From positions 7,192,001-7,256,000 of the forward strand of contig OZ059897.1 in assembly GCA_964057225.1 (NCBI GenBank): a stretch of DNA of 64,000 bases. Reading direction: 5' to 3'. A model generated the notes under the pieces. The model was given only the letters and a program-made list of their open reading frames with translations, was not told where the DNA came from and did no database searches. Below, piece by piece: positions 55,052 through 64,000 of this stretch (its first letter is position 1; the number at the start of each line of letters is the position of its first letter). This DNA is from Auanema rhodensis. Lineage: Eukaryota; Animalia; Nematoda. Made by a program: the position numbers and the translations under genes.

Positions 55052-57101
55052 ATAAAGTCAAATGAGTCAGAAGAAAAGAAAGTATGGAAATTTGGTTAAT
55101 GAATCATCGCATAATAATCATTCAAGTTGGACAAGTTGGTGATCATCAGCTAGATGATGACAATGTATATACATATATAGATGAACTGAAACATGATTTG
55201 ATAAACAGTAAAACGTGAATATGATAGATAATAGCTTGAAATATAATGAAAAGCGTTCCATAAAACGTTCAAATATGGTGAAATCAAGAGAATATATATG
55301 CAGAAAAGAGGCGAATATGGCTAACATGGAAAAAAACATTATATTGTGAGAGAGGGAAAAGATAAAAATGGAAGAGATGGAGGAGGATGAAGAGGTGAGA
55401 GTATGAAGAAGTTCTCTGACTGAAGAAAAGGAGATAGGGCAGAGATATGCTTTCTTTCAACTCTCTTTCTTTCTCTCTTTCTCCCTCTCTCTCTCTCTCA
55501 TGCCGCTTATTTCTGATAATAAAGGAGCCGTTTCCATGGATACTAGAACCCGCAATAGGCTTAAGAGAATAGAGAGATAAAACGTTTTCGAAGAGGGAGA
55601 TCGAGGAAATGAAAGGGGAAGCTGACAGATAGAGAGAGAGAAAGAACTACAGATACCTGTGTGTGAAAGAAGAAGGGAGAGAAAGAGAAATTAGGAGTGA
55701 GGAAGAGAGAAAGGAGAGAAAATTTAAGTAAAAGATAGGTGGAGATTGCGATTATTTCTCAGATTATTAGTAATATCATATACAGCTCCGATCAGTGATC
55801 ATGCGCTTGTAAATCACTTTGTCTATTCTTCTAATTCCGAAACGACTTCTTTGTCTTGAAGGTAAAACGAAAAAGAAAAAGAGAGAGAGGAAAAGAGAAA
55901 GAGGGAGGAGAGTACGAGAGAAAGAGTCCATCTATACCTAATTTAGTCGATGTGCCAGTTGATAATCCTAGCAGTGTCAGGGTAGCAAATCAATTTTTGT
56001 AGAAAAAAATATTTCGCTTTTGCGTGAAAAAACATACTTTTTGGATGTAAACACGAGAAATGAAGATGAAAATAGAAAAAATGATCTTAAGATAAGTTAA
56101 AATGAGAATAAATTTGTTTGTTTATAATCATATTTTGTGTACTGTTGGTGTATATGGTGGATAGCTTGAAGCTGAACGCCAATTGCTTAACATCATATGA
56201 GCTTCTTCACTCATCACGTCCTGAAAGCATGATATCGTGTTCATTATAAACACAAAATATGATAGATAGATAGACAAAATATAATATTTGAATAATAATA
56301 GAAGAAAGATTTCAAATGTAATTCAGGAATGAAAAAAGCTTTTGATTTACACGTATATTATACAGGTGGTATGAGAGACAATTATATTAAATCGCGTAAT
56401 TATATTTGAGATCCGCGACGAAAAAGTTGGCAAAGTTCCGAAAATCGCGATTAAGACAAGTAGAAAAGCGAAGAGGTGCGAGGACAGATAAAATCACAAT
56501 GCTAGTTGAAGTCAAACACAAAACAAAAGGAAGGAATTATTGAAAAATGAGAAAGAGCTACAGCTCAGACGACTGACTGTACGAGAGATCGGAAATGAGA
56601 AAAACACAAATAATTAGAAGGAACGATAATCTGTGGAAGAAGATTAGAAGGTTAGTAGCATGTTTCTAACATTTAGAGAGAAAAGGTTGTTGTTGTGAAG
56701 GTGCATACATCGAGCAGTAGCAGCAGATGTTGAGTCATCTATCCCAAATCACAAAGGGGAAGAAAAAGTCGAAAAGACTAATAGCATCGATAGAACCTTT
56801 ATGGCAGATTGTGTGTTTGAAACAGAAAAAAAGGAAAAAGAACAAGAACAAGAGGAGGCAAAACATTGATTGTGAGTGTTGTGCTGTGGTGATGATGATG
56901 ATGAGAAGAAGAAAAACTTTAAATACAGGGATGAAATGGGCATTTGGAGGGAAGCAATATGGCTGCTGATTAAGAGATTTACATGTATATACATGACATT
57001 AATGAAAATCTTATCAAAAAATGTCTAATAACTAGTAATAAGTTTAATAACTTCTTTGAAACTGAGAGAGATAGCGAGAGATAGGGAGAGATAGTGTGAG
57101 T

Positions 57102-57134
<33 letters not shown>

Positions 57135-57685
57135 TCATAGTAACATACATAGATGAATGATAATGATGAGAACATTACATGATGATCGTGAACGCATGAA
57201 CGAAATGAACAGGAATGGAGCTGACTTCAGGAAGATGAGGACACACCAACAGAGCCAGAGTGAAATGACCGAAAGACGTTGTGTCCGTTGGGCACACATA
57301 ATTATAAGTAGCATTAACGTATTAACAGACATAAAAGAGAAACCATCAAATGCGGATCCTTATACGTTTGCTTCTCATCTGCTAAGCCTAATTAAACCAA
57401 TTGGCTGATTCTTTCCTCCATCCTTCTACTACAACTTTTTCGTCACCACTCTCCTTCTTTACCTCTCTCTCTCTCTTTCTCTTAAAAGCTAATTAAACTC
57501 CCAGGGCGAGAGTTTAGCCGGGTAGTTATGTATGTTTCACCTTAATCATATAGAAGAAGAACTTTACATGATAGAGTTTAGACTTTCAATTGCAACTATA
57601 AAATAACTATGAAATAAGATTATTTTCATAACATTCGATAACCAAATTTCTTGAAAATACATTGAGTTCAATAATGATGAGATGA

Positions 57686-57759
57686 TGAAGAAGAAGAAGA
57701 AGAAGAAGAAGAAGAAGAAGATGATGATGATGATGAAGATGAAGATGAAGATGATGAAG
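57686..57759 (+). repeat. Compound (GAA)n(GAT)n trinucleotide microsatellite
   Basis: Directly visible in the sequence. Confidence 0.9.
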
Positions 57760-59517
57760 ACTGCTCAACCACGAATACTCGATTGCTTACGGCCACATCT
57801 CCCCTGAGCCAAATTGCCTGACCGAAGTGCTATGACAAGCCTGTCTAACTTCTGCTCTGACTGCTCTGACAGTAGTTCAAGATGACAGAACCGAACAGTC
57901 CATAGCTGAGAAGTGACCGAGCAGCATCTGGCACACATACGATTTCAATAATTCTAAGATAAATCGAGCAAGTTGCAATAGTTGTCAGGAATATGGTATT
58001 GGAAAAGCAGGATCTGTTTGGCGGCTATAAACGTGTAAAACATCTGCTGAACTCACAAAAATCGTTAAAATCACTTCAAATGTCACTAATCCATGTTCTT
58101 ACAAGCATGAGCAAATACACGAAATGCTCAGATGATTGAAGTAAAAGAGCTGCAGGGATGAGGTGGGTGCGAAGAGCGCACGATCGCCAGACTTCGTTCG
58201 TTTGCTCGAAGTTCTACAGCTGTTAGATGTGGTCAGAGAGAAATCGAACGATGACGTGAGTTATATAGCATAGCTATGACGGGAAGAAAGAAGCTATGTA
58301 ATCGACAAGGAAAAGTTCAAAAAACTTTCCGGAACATGGGTTCGCTAAGAGATTCTGAAGTAATGATAAGATGATGATGATGTTGATGATGATGATGTTG
58401 ACATGAACAAAAACAGACATGTAGTCATGAAGTGGTATTCGGGTCTAGTTTTAATAGTTATTAGACACTTGATTATCATCTGACGACATTCAAAAAAGAT
58501 GTCAAAGATCAGAAGATTCAGCTTATGATTATAGTTTAGTTTCTTTGATTACAGCAATTTCAAAAGGGGGGGGGGGACGGACGGCGCAATTTCTTTAAGT
58601 ATGTTCAGCTAGCGGGCATTTCAAGTTTGACATACGGATTTACGACGAAAAAGTTGTAAATATCGAGTCAATCTCAATAAATTAAAGAAAAGAGTTCTGG
58701 GGTATCAATTCCATACGAACTCATGTCCTATTAGGTTGGAGAGACAGAAACATGTAGAATTAAAGAAAAACGGAAGAAGAACAAAAAAAGAGAACGAGAA
58801 TGAGGACAAATAAGATGAAATGCAGTTACATGCTGCAGATGAAGTCGAACATCGGCTATATGTCGTATTTTACCATAAATGGTACTGAATGCCTAGACTT
58901 TCATGAGGCGAACAGACATAGATAGGACAATGAACACGACAAGCACGATGATCCATCCAAAATAAAACGAAAAGAGAAGAATGAGATAACGAATACGGAC
59001 AGGGATTTGAGGGAAAAAGATGGTCAGCAGAAGAACGCATAGCATAGAAGTGGCCGCTAAGCCTGACCGTGTATAGGAAAACTTGAAGACAGCATGTTTA
59101 ATCGAGACGCACTAAGAGACCGTCAATCCCAAAATGATGACGATGATGACGAAAACGATGAGAATTCATTGAAAGGCGGTTATAAGCATAAAAACCATAA
59201 GCAAGATATAGATTGAAGACGGTCATCCTGACACGACGATGAAAACGAAAACGACTCGAGACTGAACATGAACAGCACACGAGATACAAGCAGATTGGCT
59301 GTAAAAGGTGCAAAAAAAATTTTGACAGGAAAAACTGCTTCAGAAACGGGAATTGGGCGTATAGTAAAAGTTATCAGAGAACATAATAAAACATAAAACA
59401 TTCAATAATGAATCCAATTTTAAATAAATTGCTTGAAGTACATTTGGAATCAAATATGATTTAGTTAAGCATATTATATACTACTTATATACATATATAT
59501 AGAGAGAGAGAGAGAGA

Positions 59518-59565
<48 letters not shown>

Positions 59566-62500
59566 AAGAGAGAAAAGAAATGGAGGGAGAGCGTTCTTAG
59601 ATCATTAATGGAAAAACGATGATGATAGGGAGGGTCTATTCCTCTACTTGTCCTACTACCCCCTTCGGCCTTTTCTACTCCACCCCTTTCCTATCCTTTT
59701 GCTATTTTATGGGGCCCAAGGCACAGCAAGAAAACATTGAGAGGATATAACCAGATGTGAATTGGCGGAAAGTCCGTCATCTTCTTATACAATGAAAACA
59801 CGTGTGTCTGCTATGGCTTACAAAAACTACACGAGAACAGAGAGTTGAACAAGAGCCAGCTGCTGGTAGGATGAATGTGATAAAGTTCTGTCAATTAGAG
59901 ATGGCAATAGAGAAACTAAGACAAAATTGGAAAAACTTATTCTAGCGACAGCGACAATAAAAAAATGAAAAAGAAAAAAGCTTCGATGAAGTTTTATTAA
60001 CAAATTTAGAACTGATAAACAGACAAGGGAAGGAAGATTGGAACACAAAATTTGATCAGACACAGACATAAAGTAGGAAAAGCAGCAGGATGATAACAAA
60101 GTACAGGAAATTCACGGAAATTCCGATGACAGGGGTGTGGACAGGAAGCTAAACCAATGAAATGAAAGACAACCGTTCACACCGTCCGTTTTGCGGAAAA
60201 TGACATGTCTCTTCAACGTTTAGGTCACGATAATGGATAAGCTTCGCCTCATGTCTTGAATGATATGAAAAAGAATGGAGAATAAGTGAGAGAATGAATG
60301 AAGAAAAGCTGAGATGAGAGAATGTTTATGCGCATCTGCGGCTTCTCCTTTTCTTTTCCTGGCTCAAGGGAGACCCAAAAGTAATCAGACAACGCTCAGA
60401 TCTCATTCAACGCCAATCATTGCAATAACACACGGACGAGACGAGAGCCAATCTATCTAAGCTTTTCCTCCTATCGTCAACCACTTATCCATTTTAACTT
60501 GCCTATTACTTACTCTCAAACACGGAATAAGACTCGTGAACAAATCGAAATTGGATCGTTCGCTAGCTAAGAAACATGAAAACGAACAGAGAGGAGAAAC
60601 ACACAAAGTTCAGTATGGATAGCCAATTACGACAATTAGCCTTAGTCTAGGTTGTTTGGATGAAACTGTCACCGTGTTATAAAAGTGGATCTGATATACT
60701 AATTCAATAATTAAGAAATGAGAATTTCAGAAAATAGTTACAACCAGCCTAAAACTCATGAAAAGAAAATTGAATGGAAGCATTAGGACCTTGCCTCTTC
60801 CTTTCTCATCAAAGCGCAGGAAATAAAAGGAAATGAAAATGTACGCCTATTTCAGCTGGCACAAATGCCCTGTTTGAGGTGTGCAATCATCAGAAAATCA
60901 AAATAAGAAAATCTTCTATGACTCATAAAATCCATGAGATGGGGTTAACTCATTACGAGGTTTAACAGCGAATTCTCATTTCAGTCACCAGCAGCAGCAG
61001 CAGTTTGAACAAAGTTCAGCTAGCCGGTCAAGCGTTTCCACGCAGTATTAATTACCGCAAAGATTTTATCATCAAATTAATAGAATTCTAAAAGGCAAGA
61101 GGAGAAAGCATATAGAGAAGGACGAAGGATGTTGGTGAAAGTCGAACAGCAAGTTGACCAACAGAAGATAATTCAAAATCACATTGCTTATACCGGATAG
61201 AGCATGAAGCATCTTGCTGGATAAACAAAATATGCACAAAGTGAAGGATAAATTGAATAAAGAGAAAAGCAGAACGAAGAAGAGAGAGAGAGAGATGTGA
61301 GGAGCTGTAAGTGAAAACGAGGTATAAGTTTAATTAAACATGTGAAAGAGCCAAATAAAAAAGAAAGGACATACCATCAGTAAAGTAATGACATCCCACC
61401 CGCATGCCAAACAATAGAAATTTTGAAAACAATAAAATTCTGTGCTATGATGGATGGACGCCAAAATAAATGAAGAAAAAACTCTCTCAACTGCTCATTG
61501 CTCATTGGTTGTATTTTATATTCAATACAACGTATACAGTATCCAATTTAAATTAATATATCGATATATTGATTAAGAAAACTTTCTTTTTTTATTTTTT
61601 GATGACATTAAGGAAAAACTGTTTTAGAAAACATAACTTTACATGAGGCTCATGTGATTCAGCGAATATGTTAGTCAACAAAGCTGTTGCACTTGTTCAA
61701 AGGTTAACAACAACTTCAAGATATTTCTACAAACTTTACATTTGTTCTAAGAAAATTACAAAGTAAAGTAGATGGAAGTCACAATATTCTTGAACATTTC
61801 TATGTTATATATACTAATAATATTAATAATACGAACAATAATATTGCTTTATAAAGAAAATATTTTAAATAGATGAATAATATTAGATGGAGTGAGTGTA
61901 TGAGTGAGGGAATGAATGGATAAAAATGTTTTTTAAATGTTGTACATATCAGAAAATGTATAGGAAATGTATATGAAAACCTGTACAATTAAAACTTTAT
62001 ATATTCAAAAATAGAAAATAGTATTATCGAGAAGTGATTATACTAAAAACATTGAGTGAGTTCCAATCAGTGAAATGCTTCTTTTGAATTTATACAGTTT
62101 GTTGAACCTATGATGCACTGAATTCCATGTCCAAAAAGAGTTTCTCCAACCTTGCAGCAATTTGCAACTTGGCGACAGCTATATGTATGTATATATCAAT
62201 GTTACTGGAAACAGGAAAAATTGAGTTTAGGTTTAGTGTGCCTACGATGTAACCTGAATGTTTCTATTTCATTTATTTCAATCTTGAGGTAATATCAACG
62301 ATATACGATATAAAACACATAAACTATCTTAAAATTTGGAAGTTATTCAAATTAAAAGTGACAGTTCAGACATGCAAAGATACAAGGTTACATATACAGT
62401 ATTGTAGAGTGTCAGTCAATATCTCTAAAGCTTATTATTAAAATCAATATAATATGGAAAAATAAAGTTTATTTCGTTATATTTATATTTAAAGAACTAA

Positions 62501-63073
62501 AATATTGCCTATTGTCCCATATTTCTTCTGAAGCTTTAGTTTTAACGCTTATATGATACATGAAAACATATATTTACCTTTATATTTGATAATACCTGAT
62601 AAATTTATCGTAAAATTCAATCACAGAATTCATAAAGTTTTATAAAAGTTGTTACAATATTTCGAAAGTTGAAATAGCTATTACTATATATGGTATTCTA
62701 ATACGTGGACATTCTCGTCTACATGTAATAGTAGTACCAATATTATGCACTTGGTAGTTCATCAAAAACTTTAAGAAAAAAACAATGACCAAAAACAATA
62801 TAAACTGATTATCCGATAAGCATGTAAACAGAGAAAAACAAAAAAATGTGATTAAATAACTACGTAATGAGCTAGAGAGAAGACATTTGTTTATGTATTA
62901 AACATTTGAAGCTGATAGCTTGGAGTAAAGACAATAGTTCAAATAGAGGAACCAAAAAAGCATAGGAATATCCAAAAGAAAATGATAAAATCATGACGAG
63001 AAAGCTCCCAGAAGCATAACAAAGAAAAACATTTTAACGGACTTCAAGATTTAAAGATAAGGTTGAATTACAT

Positions 63074-64000
63074 TTAACAATCGTTGGCCCAATCATCATT
63101 GATATCATCCGTATCGATGAATTCGTTATGAACTTTATCTGTAAGAACATATATGTGAACATTCAGAGTAAACTCAAACTTACGGTTAGCTAAGACCTTC
63201 TGCCGTGGAGCAATAATACAATTGCTGACATCAGCTCCATCTTCGATTTCAACTTCAGAGCACAAAATACTATTGGTAACAATAGCTCTTAAAGAAAAAA
63301 ATATTTTAAGAAAAATTGCATGAATGCCTACAATTTGCCAATTTTTACACCTTCCATTAGTAAACTGTTTTGGACCTTCGATCTTTCATCAAGAACACAT
63401 CTAGCTCCTATGGAGCTTCTCTTAATTACACTTCCAACAGAAACCTTAAAAGTGGAAATAACAAAGAAGAATAGTGGTAAACTAACTTGAGCTTCATCAT
63501 CAATTCTGCTTTCAGCAACTGATATTTTAGTACTTTTATATTCAAAAGTTTGTCCAACACTTAATAGAGGAGAAACTCGAACCAAAGATTTAATGATCTG
63601 TAGGCAAATACATGAAATTGTCATAAATGTTTCAACAACGTACCGCTTTATTAGCTTCGAAATAAGACGCAATGTTATTACAATGTGCTGATACAGTTCC
63701 ATTTTCATGAGGAAGAACATAAGCCAAACATTTAATTTTATCGTCACTCTCTGAAATAAAATGAATAAATTTCAATAAACTAAATTAAGGACAATATGAT
63801 ATGCAACCGTTCGCAATAGAATTTTTGTCGAAAATGAAATAATGTGAGCAAGGTGAGTAATGTGAATAAAGACTAAAAATTTTTTAATTAAATTTTAAAA
63901 TTTATTAAAAAATTTTTGAATTTCAAATATTAATTTAGTTGTAGCATCAGGATCATGACTTACTTGATGCGTTTTGTTGTTCAAGCAAATAAGGGATAAA
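63074..64000 (-). CDS. ppp-1: Translation initiation factor eIF2B gamma subunit, 3' part; exons >64000-63964, 63750-63644, 63597-63487, 63444-63332, 63287-63184, 63138-63074
   Basis: FIPYLLEQQ..DKIKCLAYVLPHENGTVSAHCNNIASYFEANKA followed by hexapeptide left-handed beta-helix repeats (VIKRSSIGARCVLD..VQNSLLMEGVKIG..VTNSILCSEVEIEDGADVSNCIIA) and an acidic tail, matching C. elegans PPP-1 as recalled. Confidence 0.88.

Larger units (their letters stand above)
19136..61295. repeat. Dense field of (GA)n/(TC)n microsatellites across the ptb-1 introns and upstream region, mostly (GA)n on +
   Basis: Long tracts near 22346, 24759, 25814, 27862, 28741, 30993, 32208, 32603, 33877, 36436, 36823, 37316, 38344, 39791, 40281, 41227, 48697, 55021, 57102 and 59501; fewer and mostly shorter (TC)n on + near 23546, 26719, 38783, 46290, 53988 and 55485. 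Confidence 0.95.

Noticed and set aside
56416-58656. 14-bp direct repeat CGACGAAAAAGTTG at 56416 and 58643
   Set aside because: The flanks do not extend the match, and one 14-mer repeat in 64 kb of AT-rich DNA is not significant.
23306-61988. Dozens of ORF-track entries with RERERE or LSLSLS runs (e.g. 30931-31383, 39718-40017, 53529-54137)
   Set aside because: They are translations of (GA)n/(TC)n or low-complexity DNA, with no splice-consistent gene structure or protein motifs.
63808-63872. Possible extra ppp-1 exon
   Set aside because: Its phase is incompatible; direct splicing from 63964 to 63750 is in frame and fits the recalled ortholog.

Overview
Eukaryotic, AT-rich genomic DNA from a rhabditid-type nematode (mostly 40-60 nt GT-AG introns, TTTCAG acceptors, unpaired acceptors just before start codons as expected for SL trans-splicing). 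The supplied ORF track is mostly exon fragments or microsatellite artefacts, so all gene models were spliced by hand. + strand, 1-10.6 kb: a 5'-truncated EGF-repeat type-I membrane protein, two adjacent secreted proteins sharing a 4-Cys module I cannot name, and gbh-1. - strand, 10.9-16.7 kb: a probable operon of bmk-1 (kinesin-5), a FAM162 gene and a HIG1-domain gene. - strand, 18.7-48.8 kb: a 30-kb ptb-1 gene with a ~20.3-kb intron between RRM1 and RRM2, preceded by ~14 kb of non-coding DNA. The window ends in the 3' part of ppp-1 (eIF2B gamma). Best leads: (1) ptb-1 has the 34-nt frameshifting exon used for PTBP autoregulation in vertebrates, and its pre-mRNA is full of sense-strand (CU)n tracts plus further candidate poison or alternative first exons; (2) a C-x10-C-x12-16-C-x6-C module shared by two neighbouring secreted genes; (3) recurring ACGTG clusters with roughly 12-bp spacing; (4) an SL2-type intercistronic region joining two mitochondrial genes to a mitotic kinesin. 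Orthology calls come from memory of the protein families, not from database searches.
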